DNA of 64,000 nt from Verrucomicrobiota bacterium (GCA_016871445.1 VHDH01000001.1:875-64874); one strand, 5' to 3'; numbered from the stretch's first letter, positions 1 through 10,366 are shown. The notes: generated from the letters alone by a model not told the origin. Numbers and translations are program-made.

Positions 1-1425
1 GGCGTTGCGCATACGAAAATGGGCGTCAGCGTGCGCAACGTGACCATCTTTGGCGTCATTGGTCTGTTGGCCAGCGTCTGGGCTGGCAGCAAGCTCGGCG
101 AATGGGGCCTGCAGCGCTATTTTGACCGGAGTGGCGAGTGGCAGGTTTGGGCGATCATGATCTATGGTTTCGCGGCCTCCGTGTTGCCGGTGTGGATGCT
201 CCTCGCGCCACGGGATTACTTAAGCACCTTCATGAAGATCGGCACGGTGGTCGTCTTAGCTTTCGCGGTTATTTGGGTGGCTCCGGAACTGCATATGCCA
301 AAGGTTACAAAGTTCATCGACGGCACTGGCCTCGTCTTCGCGGGCACCTTATTCCCGTTCGTTTTTATCACCATCGCTTGCGGGGCAATCTCCGGCTTTC
401 ATGCGCTCATTTCGTCAGGCACCACGCCAAAGCTGCTCGCAAACGAATCGAATATCCGAAGCGTTGCTTACGGCGCGATGGTCACCGAGATGCTCGTCGC
501 GCTGATGGCGTTGGTCGCCGCCTGCGCGTTGCAACCCGGCGAATATTTCGCCATCAACGCCGGCCTTAACAAGGTCATGCCCCCGGAGCAAGTCGTCGCA
601 ACTATCTCCACCGCAGGATTCCCTGTCACTGTCGAGGGCATGAACAAGCTGGCCGCCGACATAGGCGAAAAAAACATGTTTGGTCGTGCGGGTGGAGCGC
701 CGACTTTTGCCGTTGGTATGGCGCAGATGTTTGCCCGCGCATTCGGAGAGCGCTGGATGAGCTTTTGGTATCACTTTGCCATTATGTTTGAGGCGCTTTT
801 CATTCTGACGACCATTGATGCTGGCACGCGCGTCGGACGATTCATTCTCCAAGATTTCCTCGGCGGCATTTGGAAGCCACTCGGCAACACGCGCAGCCTG
901 CCCGCCAACGTTTTTGCCAGTGCGGTGCTCGTTGGCGCTTGGGGCTGGTTCCTATACCAGGGCGTCGTCGACCCGCTCGGGGGCATCAACACGCTCTGGC
1001 CCATTTTCGGCATCGCAAATCAATTACTAGCTGTGATCGCCTTCTGCCTCGGCACGACCATTCTCATCAAAATGGGCAAATCACGCTTCCTGGCTGTCAC
1101 CGCTGTGCCGCTAGCGTTTTTAATCACCGCCACCTTTAGCGCGGGCTGGATCAAGATTTTTGATGCGAACCCCAAAATGGGCTTCCTCGCTGCCGCCAAG
1201 GATTTTTCAGCAAAAATCGCTGCCGGGGGTACCGAGAAGCAGATTGCCGAATGGACCGCCCAAAAGTTTAACTTTATGGTCGATGTGTATGTGACCGGCT
1301 TCTTCCTTTGCGCCGTTGCCATCATCTTCATTGGTTGTCTCATGGAGTGGATCAAGCTCCTCAGCGGCGCGAAAAAAGCCGTCTTAGCCGAGGAACCGTA
1401 CGTGGCGCTGGCAGAGGGGATTTGA
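1..1425 (+). CDS. cstA: Carbon starvation protein A family peptide/pyruvate transporter (5' end outside the window)
   Basis: Frame is open from base 1. Polytopic membrane protein with CstA motifs LPVWMLLAPRDYLSTF, ITIACGAISGFHALISSGTTPK, FEALFILTTIDAGTRVGRF, LWPIFGIANQLLA. Confidence 0.95.
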   Translation, partial: GVAHTKMGVSVRNVTIFGVIGLLASVWAGSKLGEWGLQRYFDRSGEWQVWAIMIYGFAASVLPVWMLLAPRDYLSTFMKIGTVVVLAFAVIWVAPELHMPKVTKFIDGTGLVFAGTLFPFVFITIACGAISGFHALISSGTTPKLLANESNIRSVAYGAMVTEMLVALMALVAACALQPGEYFAINAGLNKVMPPEQVVATISTAGFPVTVEGMNKLAADIGEKNMFGRAGGAPTFAVGMAQMFARAFGERWMSFWYHFAIMFEALFILTTIDAGTRVGRFILQDFLGGIWKPLGNTRSLPANVFASAVLVGAWGWFLYQGVVDPLGGINTLWPIFGIANQLLAVIAFCLGTTILIKMGKSRFLAVTAVPLAFLITATFSAGWIKIFDANPKMGFLAAAKDFSAKIAAGGTEKQIAEWTAQKFNFMVDVYVTGFFLCAVAIIFIGCLMEWIKLLSGAKKAVLAEEPYVALAEGI

Positions 1426-1743
1426 AGTGGCGCTGGGAGGACGATTGACCGTTCGTCGGCTCGCCGTGGAACTCCGTCACCGACCTTCATGCTCGATGTT
1501 TAGCTCGGTGGCTTCGTGATGCACGGCTGCGGAGGCGGAGAAGCAATTCATCTGCGCTGCTTAAAACGATTCGTCGGGCCGATTTCCTGATGGAAAAAAC
1601 AATCGGCTCCAAGTAACGCCCGATTGGGGCATGTGGTTTGCAAGCGCGGATGCTCCTCACCAGGCCCCATCTCACAATCTAACAGAAAAGAAATTATTCT
1701 TTAGACTTTACGTTTTTTGCCGAAACGTCGGGGGCCGTTTCTT

Positions 1744-2616
1744 TCAGCCAAACAAATCGGAGAGGTCAGAGAGGGAGTCTGAAATGCCACCCCCATCGGA
1801 GTCAGCCGCAAAATCAGCCGTTCCATCAAAATCGGTGTCAACCACACACGTATCTAATCCACCATCCTGATTTGTGTCGGCGCCAACGAAATCAACTTTT
1901 CCATCAAAATTATTATCAGCCGCAACGAGGTCAATTGAACCGTCACCATCTGAGTCTGCCCCCGCAAGATCGATGCGCCCATCATGGTTTGTGTCTATTC
2001 CTACGACGTCGATTGTTCCGTTGTGATCGAGGTCTTGGCCAACAGCGTCAATCTGCCCATCTCCATTGGTGTCCAGTCCTACTACATCTGCCACACCGTC
2101 ATGATCGGTATCGATCGCCACACCATCAACAATACCGTCACCATCCATATCAAGGAGAACCGCGTCGTATGTCTCGCCGTCTTCAAAACTATAGTAGTAT
2201 TGACTGGGTTGGCCGGCGCGGGCTGTTTGCGTGAAATGCGTTGCTAGGAAACCAAGGATTGCTCCCCCTACAAAGCTGGCTAACGGCACCCACTTGTCTC
2301 CACCTCCGCGCGCCACTTGAGCCTGTGCGCTCAAGGATCGGTTGGAGCGCATCTGATCTAGTTGATCAGAGGAATAAGGCCCTAAGGTTTGGCCATTTTG
2401 GTAAACATAAAAATCAGGCGCTGTTGGATCGATGGTAGGGGTAACTGAGGCTTGCTGTTGTCGGAATTGGCTAAGCGGACGCCATTGGCTTTCTCCTTCA
2501 GGAACCACTAATGTCTCCGGATTGATAAGGCGCGTATTGACCATATCCACAAGCTGCTTGGCAGTCACAGGACCTAGAGCTTGGTTCTGCTCACCAACAT
2601 AATAATACCTTTTCAT
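1744..2616 (-). CDS. Protein with two GYF_2 (DUF4339)-like domains, a short hydrophobic segment and tandem 13-aa Dx[DN]xDG calcium-binding repeats
   Basis: Two copies of YY..xNxQxLGPxxxxQL...W.PL (GYF_2 pattern), then VGGAILGFLATHF, then repeats DMDGDGIVDGVAI / DTDHDGVADVVGL / DTNGDGQIDAVGQ etc. Confidence 0.8.
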   Translation of the reverse strand: MKRYYYVGEQNQALGPVTAKQLVDMVNTRLINPETLVVPEGESQWRPLSQFRQQQASVTPTIDPTAPDFYVYQNGQTLGPYSSDQLDQMRSNRSLSAQAQVARGGGDKWVPLASFVGGAILGFLATHFTQTARAGQPSQYYYSFEDGETYDAVLLDMDGDGIVDGVAIDTDHDGVADVVGLDTNGDGQIDAVGQDLDHNGTIDVVGIDTNHDGRIDLAGADSDGDGSIDLVAADNNFDGKVDFVGADTNQDGGLDTCVVDTDFDGTADFAADSDGGGISDSLSDLSDLFG

Positions 2617-2882
2617 AATCAGCCTCTCTATTGAACTGAGCCGTTAGAAAAATGCTTTTACGGAAGCTGCGCCATTAATTTTTTAAATTGAATCATGCCA
2701 AACATCCTGCTCGCATTTGTTATCGTCAACCGTTTTTTGGGGGCGGTCATGGAAAAGTGCCCCACGCCAGAACTAAACTCACTATCTTTCAGGCAGTAAA
2801 GTTTTTGGAGATTAAATTGCTTTTGGTAATGAATTGCCGCTCCAAAAAGCGGGAGACCACACCGCTTCAAAACGCCGTTCAA

Positions 2883-3839
2883 TCACTCGCGGATCGAAAT
2901 CCCAAGATTATTTCCGTTTGCCCGCTCGCTGGGTCTGAAGTTTGACTCGGTCAGCCCTTTAGCCGTGCTGCCATTACCAACAGGGCGATTTAGCAGTTGG
3001 CACTTGTCCTTGTCCTCGGCATTCGGATTCCACCAAGCGATAGTGGTGGATCCGCCACCGTCCATGTTGATGCCACGATGCGCACCGAAATGCTTCAGCC
3101 AAGCGCCCAATTCTTCGGTGGTCGCGCCGGCGCTGGCCGGTTGACGGCCATCAATTATGACCATGACCACGTATCGATGATCCTCAGATAAGCCTAGGCC
3201 GGTTCGCGGATGCAGATCCTTACCGCCAAGCAGAGGTTTTCCGTCGGCGAGGCACAAGGCAAATCCACTGACTGCTAGATCAATGTCTGAGGTGTCAGTT
3301 TGGTGATTCGTGACCCCAATACGAAACTGGCCCGATTTGGTGCGTAACAATGACGGACTGCCTGATCCTCGCGACACGATTATGCCTTGAGAAATTGCAA
3401 GGCCGCTCAGATCGGTGGGCGTTTCCTGATCGTATGGGGCGGGCCAAGGCGAGAACGCATCCGCATTGATCGCAACAATCATAGGAATGCCGTTGGCGCG
3501 CGCGGTGCGAAGAAAATTTCGCGACGTTTGCCGATTGGTTTCGGTTTTGCCCTCAACCCACTCGCTGCGACGACCTGTGGTATGGAATGTCAGCCCTTCG
3601 GTTTGTGTGTCGACTCGCAGCCCATAGAGCACCACTTTTCGCGGCGAATTAACTTCGACGCGAGCGAATTGGATCCCTGCACTTAAACGTTTCCCGCGTG
3701 ACCAATCGTAAAGCTCATTTTGGGCGCTGGCCCATGGATTAAGCGATAGCAGTAATACCCAAGCGATGGCCGTTGCGAAAGATGCGGTGTGAGTGCTGGA
3801 CTGCGGTATTCTCTTTTTCAAAGGTGTCGTAAGGCTCAC
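2883..3839 (-). CDS. Exported phosphodiester glycosidase (NAGPA/DUF2233 family)
   Basis: Signal-peptide-like N-terminus; family motifs VAINADAF, HPRTGLG, IDGRQ..S.G, INMDGGGST. Confidence 0.85.
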   Translation of the reverse strand: MSLTTPLKKRIPQSSTHTASFATAIAWVLLLSLNPWASAQNELYDWSRGKRLSAGIQFARVEVNSPRKVVLYGLRVDTQTEGLTFHTTGRRSEWVEGKTETNRQTSRNFLRTARANGIPMIVAINADAFSPWPAPYDQETPTDLSGLAISQGIIVSRGSGSPSLLRTKSGQFRIGVTNHQTDTSDIDLAVSGFALCLADGKPLLGGKDLHPRTGLGLSEDHRYVVMVIIDGRQPASAGATTEELGAWLKHFGAHRGINMDGGGSTTIAWWNPNAEDKDKCQLLNRPVGNGSTAKGLTESNFRPSERANGNNLGISIRE

Positions 3840-3997
3840 GAGCTAAATACGCTGCATTTAAACCGAGGGTTTTAAAGAACTTTTGCAACGCTTGCCGACG
3901 AGTCACATGAACCGACCGAAATTACCACAGATCCAAAAAACTACGGCCGCAACAGAGTGACATTCAGAAGTTACCCCCAGGCTATCAAGCGGTTTAG

Positions 3998-5875
3998 CTA
4001 GGCCTGAAGCAGCGGCGGGAGCGGGCAGTCTAGCGAATCACCTATGGCCCGGAGCAACTCTGCCTCGCGGTCATGGATGAACCCATCGTGTGCCACGGCA
4101 TGCGCGCAAGCCTCGATCACAACTTTCTTCACCCGCGGTGCAGCGGCAGCCAGGCGATCCAGCGCAGCATCCACCTGCGCAAGGTTGCACTCTGACAATG
4201 GCAGCAATCGCAGCCCTGCGGCAGCGGTGCCAAGCTGCATCGCCCCCGCTTGGAAAGCGGCTGCTTGAGCTGTCCTGTCTTTGGCTCCGAGATGAGCAAG
4301 GCAGGAAAGCAAGACGGCCCCGTCCTGCAGTAGCGCTGCCGCTGGGTAGTGTTGCGTTGCGCGGGCTGGAGCTGGCAGGAACTGCGGGTCGAGGTGGCGG
4401 CGCAGGTTTTTTTGGAGTGCAAACTCGAAAAGGTCCACAGAATTGTCCGCCTCGATCAAGGCGTCCACGTCGCGGCGGAATTGGGTGTATTGCGCCGGCG
4501 AAAGCCGGCGCAGCGCGGCCGTGGCTAGGCTTGCCAAAGGCAATCGGGAACCTGTTGGTAGCGCGGCTATTTTCGGCCCCAACCGGTTCAGCTCTCGCAA
4601 GCATGCCGGTTGGCCAGTTTGTTGGAGCCGCGCGAACTGTGCGGCACGGATGGCGGGCTCGGCATCCAGCAGCAGCCCATAAACAAGCGCAGACGCACCG
4701 AGTGGTTCGTGTGTCGCGGCCACCAAGGGCGCGGGCAAGGCGGCGAGCAGGCCAGCGGCATGGTTGATTTGCGCCGGGGCGAGGCTTCCAACTTGTCGGG
4801 TGACCTTCGCGGCGCGGGGTAAGGGTGGTGGGCCACCCCCGGTGAATCCTGAAGCGGCCGCCGGCACACGGGAGCGGCTTGGCTCATCGGCAAGGAGCTG
4901 CGCGAGCTCTGGATTGAAATGAGGATCGAGCAGTTTGATGCGTTCCTCCAGCGGCGGGTGTGTGGCAAAGAGGCTATTTAGTGCGCTGGCGAAAAACATA
5001 TGGGCCATGGCGGAGGCGCGCGGGTTGGCGATGTTCGAGCCGGTGGGATAGCCGGCAATTTTCTTAAGTGCGTTCGCGATTCCCTCGGGATTGCGCGTGA
5101 ACTGCACCGCCGAGGCATCCGCCAGGTGCTCGCGTTGCCGAGAGATGGCCGCTTGAATGGCGCGGGCGAAGAACTGCCCGACCCAACCAATCAGCAGCAG
5201 CCCGAGGCCAAAGAGAAACAACGCGGCGGTAATCTGTCCGCTGTCTTTGCTGCGTGAACGCCCGCTGCGGCCTGCGATCTCAAACAGGATGCGGCCGATG
5301 AGAGCTAATCCCATTATCCCATAAAGCCAGCCGGTGAGGTTGAGATTCCGCCGCATGTCGTTGTTAAGAATGTGGCTAAACTCGTGGGCCACGACGCCTT
5401 GCAACTCGTCGCGGTCTAATTGATCCAAGCACCCGCGCGAGACAGCCACGGCGAAGTCCCCCGTGTTGTGCCCGGCGGCGAAGGCATTAATGCCCAGCTC
5501 ATCCTCCAGCACAAACAACGCGGGCATGGGCACGCCGGAGGCAATGGCCATTTCCTCCACCACATTTAGGAAGCGGCGCTCGGCGGGGTCACGCGAGCCC
5601 GGTTCCACGGGCCGGCCGCCGCACATCTCCGCCACCGCCCGGCCGCCGGCTGAGAGGCTCGCTTTGCCCACGCCCACGCCAGCGAACACCACCAATAAGG
5701 TAATCCCACAGGAAACGGGAAAAGTGCTGAGGGTAAACCATTGCGCTCCCCCGCTCGTAAGCAAAGAGAACAGTGCATGGACTGCCAAAATGATCGCCGC
5801 AATGGCAAACCCGTAAAGGACCAGTAATCGGCCGGTGCTTCGACGCGCGGCTTCTTGGCGGGCGAAGAAGTCCAT
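3998..5875 (-). CDS. M48 family (HtpX-like) zinc metallopeptidase with long C-terminal extension
   Basis: INAFAAG, HEFSH zinc motif, SRQREHLADA, THPPLEERI; TM helices; directly downstream of lemA. Confidence 0.9.
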   Translation of the reverse strand: MDFFARQEAARRSTGRLLVLYGFAIAAIILAVHALFSLLTSGGAQWFTLSTFPVSCGITLLVVFAGVGVGKASLSAGGRAVAEMCGGRPVEPGSRDPAERRFLNVVEEMAIASGVPMPALFVLEDELGINAFAAGHNTGDFAVAVSRGCLDQLDRDELQGVVAHEFSHILNNDMRRNLNLTGWLYGIMGLALIGRILFEIAGRSGRSRSKDSGQITAALFLFGLGLLLIGWVGQFFARAIQAAISRQREHLADASAVQFTRNPEGIANALKKIAGYPTGSNIANPRASAMAHMFFASALNSLFATHPPLEERIKLLDPHFNPELAQLLADEPSRSRVPAAASGFTGGGPPPLPRAAKVTRQVGSLAPAQINHAAGLLAALPAPLVAATHEPLGASALVYGLLLDAEPAIRAAQFARLQQTGQPACLRELNRLGPKIAALPTGSRLPLASLATAALRRLSPAQYTQFRRDVDALIEADNSVDLFEFALQKNLRRHLDPQFLPAPARATQHYPAAALLQDGAVLLSCLAHLGAKDRTAQAAAFQAGAMQLGTAAAGLRLLPLSECNLAQVDAALDRLAAAAPRVKKVVIEACAHAVAHDGFIHDREAELLRAIGDSLDCPLPPLLQA

Positions 5876-5899
5876 GCTGCTTCCCGCGACGCGCGGTGG

Positions 5900-6499
5900 T
5901 TAGAACGACACCTTGACGTTCTGGCGCTCGGCGGCGTTCTCTACTTTCCACAGCTCGGCAGCTGTGAAGTTGAACGTGTTGGCGATCAGGTTCGAGGGAA
6001 ACACCTCACGCTTGATATTGTATTCCGTCGCCGCGTCGTTGAAAGCCTGCCTTGCAAAGGCAATGCGGTTCTCCGTAGACGTGAGCTCCTCCTGGAGCGC
6101 AATCATGTTCGTGTTGGCTTTAAGGTCGGGATACGCCTCGGCCACGGCAAGCAAGCGGCTGAGTCCCGCAGTAAGTTGTCCCTCGGCCTGGAGCAGTTGT
6201 CTCATCGAGTCGGCATCGGCGGGATTCGCCGCGGCACGCCCGGCGGCGGACACGGCGGAGTTGCGTGCGGCGATGACGGCCTCGAGTGTGCCGCTTTCGT
6301 GCTTCATGTAGCCCTTGCACGTCTCGACCAGATTCGGGATGAGGTCGTAGCGGCGCTTGAGCTGGACATCAATCTGGGCGAACGCGTTCTTGAAGCGGTT
6401 ACGCAGCGTGACTAGGCCGTTGTAAACGCCCACGACGAAGATGCCAAGCAGCAGCGCTCCACCCACGAGCACGGCGAGAATGATGATTGTAGGGGTCAA
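5900..6499 (-). CDS. lemA: LemA family protein
   Basis: N-terminal TM, YNGLVTLRN..AFAQIDVQLKRRYDLIPNLVE, EAYPDLKAN, ENRIAFARQAFND; TTG start. Confidence 0.95.
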   Translation of the reverse strand: MTPTIIILAVLVGGALLLGIFVVGVYNGLVTLRNRFKNAFAQIDVQLKRRYDLIPNLVETCKGYMKHESGTLEAVIAARNSAVSAAGRAAANPADADSMRQLLQAEGQLTAGLSRLLAVAEAYPDLKANTNMIALQEELTSTENRIAFARQAFNDAATEYNIKREVFPSNLIANTFNFTAAELWKVENAAERQNVKVSF

Positions 6500-6711
6500 A
6501 ATATTGCCTTTCGCACTTAATTGGTTTCTTGCCTATGAAATGGACGCTAATGACCGTATTAAATCGGAACAACTACAAAAACACGGTTGTTTTCCAGCTT
6601 GGCGGCGACTTGCAGAAAGCCACTGAGAGCTAATTTCCCCGAAGACTAAAGCCCCTGGTGTCCGGTTTGCGCTTTGCACAGCGGACCGCGCAGGGTTTAT
6701 TGGCTGAGTCT

Positions 6712-7857
6712 GTGCGGACCATTTATTTCGATCACAACGCTACCACGCCGCTCGACCCGCAAGTCCGCGCGGTGATGCTGCCGTTCCTGGACGAAGTTTG
6801 GGGCAACCCATCCAGTGTCCACCACATTGGTCGGCGCGCCCGGGCCTTGCTGGATGACGCGCGTGATGGTTGCGCTGCTGTGCTGGGCTGCAAAGGTAGC
6901 GAGATCGTTTTTACCAGTGGTGGCACGGAGAGCAACAACCTCGCCGTATTTGGCACCGCGCGCTTGCTGCGTGATAAGGGCCGGCACCTCATCACCTCGA
7001 GCGTGGAGCATCATGCGGTGTCCCATTGCTTTGATTATCTTGAACGCAAGGAAGGTTTTTCTGTTACGCGCCTGCCGGTGGACGCCACCGGCCGAGTGCG
7101 CGTAGACGATTTGCGTCGCGCGCTCCGGCCCGATACGACGCTCGTCAGTGTCATGGCTGCGAATAATGAAACCGGCACGGTGCAGCCCGTTGCTGAACTC
7201 GGCGCGCTCTGCCGGGAGCGGAGAATACTGTTCCACACTGACGCCGTGCAGTGGTTCGGCAAAGAGCCGTTCGCGAACATTCATCAGTTTAACGCTGACC
7301 TCGTTTCGATTTGCGCGCACAAGTTTCACGGTCCGAAGGGCGTGGGTGCGCTTTATCTCCGCTCGCCGTTGCACCCTGACCCGGTGCAGTTCGGTGGCGC
7401 GCACGAGCATGAGCGGCGCGCGGGCACAGAGAACCTGCCGGCTATCATCGGCTTCACTGAGGCGCTGAAGCGCTTCGTGCGCGTGCCAGTATTCCCCCGG
7501 AACATCCTTGCCCCACTAACCACGCGGTTGCTGGCGACGGTGGACGCTTGCGAAGGCGCACATTTTCGCGGTTCTCGCGAACATCGGTTAGCGAACACCG
7601 TTTCTTTTACGGTAGAGGGTGCCGACAGCATCGCACTTATGGCAGCGCTTGATATTGAAGGTGTGTGCGCGTCGAGCGGGTCAGCGTGCACGGCCGGTTC
7701 GCTGGAACCGTCGCATGTCATGCTGGCGTTAGGCGCATCGGTTGCTGAAGCCAACGCGCTTGTGCGTCTCTCGCTGGGGCGGGACAACACCGCCGCTGAA
7801 GTGGAAATCCTCTGCACACTGTTACCGCGCTTGTTGCGTCAGGTGCGTGGTAAATAA
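6712..7857 (+). CDS. iscS: Cysteine desulfurase (IscS/NifS group I)
   Basis: YFDHNATTP, GNPSS.H, FTSGGTESNN, HTDAVQ, PLP lysine AHKFHGPKG, SSGSAC catalytic Cys. GTG at 6712 preferred over 6658. Confidence 0.93.
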   Translation: MRTIYFDHNATTPLDPQVRAVMLPFLDEVWGNPSSVHHIGRRARALLDDARDGCAAVLGCKGSEIVFTSGGTESNNLAVFGTARLLRDKGRHLITSSVEHHAVSHCFDYLERKEGFSVTRLPVDATGRVRVDDLRRALRPDTTLVSVMAANNETGTVQPVAELGALCRERRILFHTDAVQWFGKEPFANIHQFNADLVSICAHKFHGPKGVGALYLRSPLHPDPVQFGGAHEHERRAGTENLPAIIGFTEALKRFVRVPVFPRNILAPLTTRLLATVDACEGAHFRGSREHRLANTVSFTVEGADSIALMAALDIEGVCASSGSACTAGSLEPSHVMLALGASVAEANALVRLSLGRDNTAAEVEILCTLLPRLLRQVRGK

Positions 7858-8026
7858 CGTCAGCGTCGCTCGTCTTAAGGGCGGATCCCAATCAATGTTG
7901 GGGTTTCTCATCATGAAGAAGTAATTATCCGTGCTGGCGGGACTCCAGCTTACGAGCGCAAATACAAGGTTTAATCCAGAGCGAACTTGTGTCATCCACA
8001 GTTTTTTTGCTTAGCTGCTCGCGCGC

Positions 8027-10366
8027 GTGACTCAATCAAAAGCCAAGCTGGTTCCCTACGTCATCGCGGCGGGGGTTGTTGCACTGGTGGGGTTCCTGCA
8101 ATCTCTACGGCATTGGTCCGAGCGCGGTCGTATCCTCGAGGAGCTCGAGTGGAAAACTTACGATTGGCGGGCCAGAGGCGCGCTTCAGCACAACCCACCC
8201 TGCGCCACCAACTTGGGCTTCGTCCGCATTGATGACCAAGACATAAGTAATATTGCCGAGGGCTTCGGCGGCGAATTAGATTACCAATACGGCCTTTATT
8301 GGCCGCGCGCGGTCTACGGTCGATTAGTAACGGAACTCAAGGCGCAGGGGGCGAAGTTGGTGGCGTTCGACGTGCTTTTCGCCGAGCCACGCGTGGATCA
8401 TCCGATGATCCAGCGGGCGACTAACGAGCCGCCGATCTCATCGGATGAATTTTTCGCCGACGCGGTGCGCGCGGCTGGTAACGTTGCGCTAGCCACTAGC
8501 GAGGGGTTGTCACCGCATTCCATGTTCCGCGACGCCCAGCCCGCCTTGGGTGACATTTCCACACTGAAAGACTCTGACGGCGTGCTCCGACGCGCCACGG
8601 CGTTTCACGTGCTGCGCTTTTGGAACCGCCACATTGACCGATACGCGCGGTTGTATGGGTTTGACCCCGCAAAGGCGATCAGTGAGGGCGTGGATTTGCC
8701 GCTCGAAGGCACCACAAATACGTTGCGCGTTAAGATTCCCATACGCGCGGATGGCAAGTTCGACGTGATGGCCTTGCAGGAGCAGTTTGAAGAGAAGAAA
8801 CCCTTGGGGGCGATGTGGACCTTGCCCTACCGGGATGTCCGGGTTTGGCACATGGGTATCCTGATGGCGGCGGCGCAACTAGGCCTCGACTTGGAGCAAG
8901 CCAAGGTGGATTTGACAGCTGGCCGGATTGCTTTGCCCGGCACTAACGGTGTTTCCCGCACGTTGCCGGTGGACGGCAGCGGACGATTCTATGTGGATTG
9001 GAGTATCACAGACACAAATGCCCAACTGACCACGGATAACATCAGCTTCCAGTTGAGAAGCGACAAATACCGGCGCGAAGGCGTTACAAACAAGCTTTCC
9101 TCTCTCTTTCGGGACCGAGTGCTAATTGTCGGCTCCACTGCCACCGGCAACGACCTGACCGACCGCGGCGGTACGCCCATCCAGAACGACACCTTTCTGG
9201 TCGGCAAGCACTGGAACGTGGCCAACTCCGTCATCATGGGCCGCTTCATCGCGCGCAGCCCGCTATGGTTGGAGCTGCTTATCGTGGCCATTCTCGGTTT
9301 TGCCGCCACCGGGTTAACCCTCTGGTTACAAGCGCCGCGGCCTACGCCTGCCGTTCTGCTGCTGGCGGCGGCCTACATCTGGCTTGCACACCACTTGTAT
9401 GTGGAGCATCGCCAATGGTTGCCCATTTTTTTGCCCGTGGTGGGCGCGCTCCTTCTCACGCATGTCGCGCTGGTGACGTATCAGAGCATTTTCGAGCAGC
9501 GCGAAAAGCGCCGCGTAAAAGGCGTCTTTGCCAAGCTCGTCTCGCCCAACGTGGTCAACCAGCTCCTCCAGCGCGAAGAGATCCATCTTGGCGGCAAGCG
9601 CGAGCGCATTACGGTCTTCTTTGCCGACGTGCGCGGCTTTACCACGCTTACTGATACCAACCAGGCCCGGGCCGACAAGTACGTTCACGCCCATCAGCTC
9701 ACTGGTGCGGCCGCCGAGGCACATTACGACCAGATCGCGGCCGAAACGCTGGAGACGGTGAACCTCTACCTCGCGGCCATCGCCGACCAGATCAAGAAAC
9801 ACAACGGAACGCTGGATAAATATATCGGCGACTGCGTGATGGCCTTCTGGGGCGCGCCTACACTTGACGAGCGGCACGCGATCAACTGCGTGCGCGCCGC
9901 AGTGGATGCACAGATCGCCATGCACCAGATCAACGCCCGCCGGAAAGTGAATAACGACCGCCTCGAGGTCGAGAACGCGCGACGCGCCACTACTGGCGAA
10001 GAGCCCCTGCCGCTCTTACCGCTGCTCGCGCTGGGTACCGGCATCAACACCGGCACCGCTATTGTCGGCATGATGGGTTCTGAAGCCCACATCATTAACT
10101 ACACCATTTTCGGCCGCGATGTGAACCTCGCCAGCCGCCTTGAGGGCGTTTCCGGCCACAGCCGCATCATCATTGGCGAGGCCACACTCCGCGATTTGGA
10201 GCGCCTAGAACCGGAGTTGGCCCGCGTGTGCGTCGAACTTGACCCGGTGAAAGTTAAGGGCATCGCCAGTGAGGTTCGTATCTGGGAGGTGCCCTGGAAA
10301 CAATTTCTCCCGCCCGAGGAACCCGCGCCTGCTGCCGCGGCTCCGACTCCCGCCGCCGCGCATTGA
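8027..10366 (+). CDS. CHASE2-domain membrane adenylate cyclase (class III)
   Basis: N-terminal TM, CHASE2 motifs (WPRAVYG, VAFDVLF, DSDGVLRR, VLIVGSTA), three TMs, then FADVRGFT, DKYIGDCVMAFWG, GINTG, YTIFGRDVNLASRLEG. Confidence 0.92.
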   Translation: MTQSKAKLVPYVIAAGVVALVGFLQSLRHWSERGRILEELEWKTYDWRARGALQHNPPCATNLGFVRIDDQDISNIAEGFGGELDYQYGLYWPRAVYGRLVTELKAQGAKLVAFDVLFAEPRVDHPMIQRATNEPPISSDEFFADAVRAAGNVALATSEGLSPHSMFRDAQPALGDISTLKDSDGVLRRATAFHVLRFWNRHIDRYARLYGFDPAKAISEGVDLPLEGTTNTLRVKIPIRADGKFDVMALQEQFEEKKPLGAMWTLPYRDVRVWHMGILMAAAQLGLDLEQAKVDLTAGRIALPGTNGVSRTLPVDGSGRFYVDWSITDTNAQLTTDNISFQLRSDKYRREGVTNKLSSLFRDRVLIVGSTATGNDLTDRGGTPIQNDTFLVGKHWNVANSVIMGRFIARSPLWLELLIVAILGFAATGLTLWLQAPRPTPAVLLLAAAYIWLAHHLYVEHRQWLPIFLPVVGALLLTHVALVTYQSIFEQREKRRVKGVFAKLVSPNVVNQLLQREEIHLGGKRERITVFFADVRGFTTLTDTNQARADKYVHAHQLTGAAAEAHYDQIAAETLETVNLYLAAIADQIKKHNGTLDKYIGDCVMAFWGAPTLDERHAINCVRAAVDAQIAMHQINARRKVNNDRLEVENARRATTGEEPLPLLPLLALGTGINTGTAIVGMMGSEAHIINYTIFGRDVNLASRLEGVSGHSRIIIGEATLRDLERLEPELARVCVELDPVKVKGIASEVRIWEVPWKQFLPPEEPAPAAAAPTPAAAH

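Noticed and set aside
1487-1675. Small ORFs after cstA as a possible YbdD/YjiX partner or gene remnant
   Set aside because: No YbdD-like motif (Y..Y..H, C-terminal RCC) and no other similarity I can support.
1800-2160. Possible CRISPR array or DNA tandem repeat
   Set aside because: The 39-nt periodicity is only at protein level (Ca-binding repeats); there are no identical direct repeats with unique spacers.
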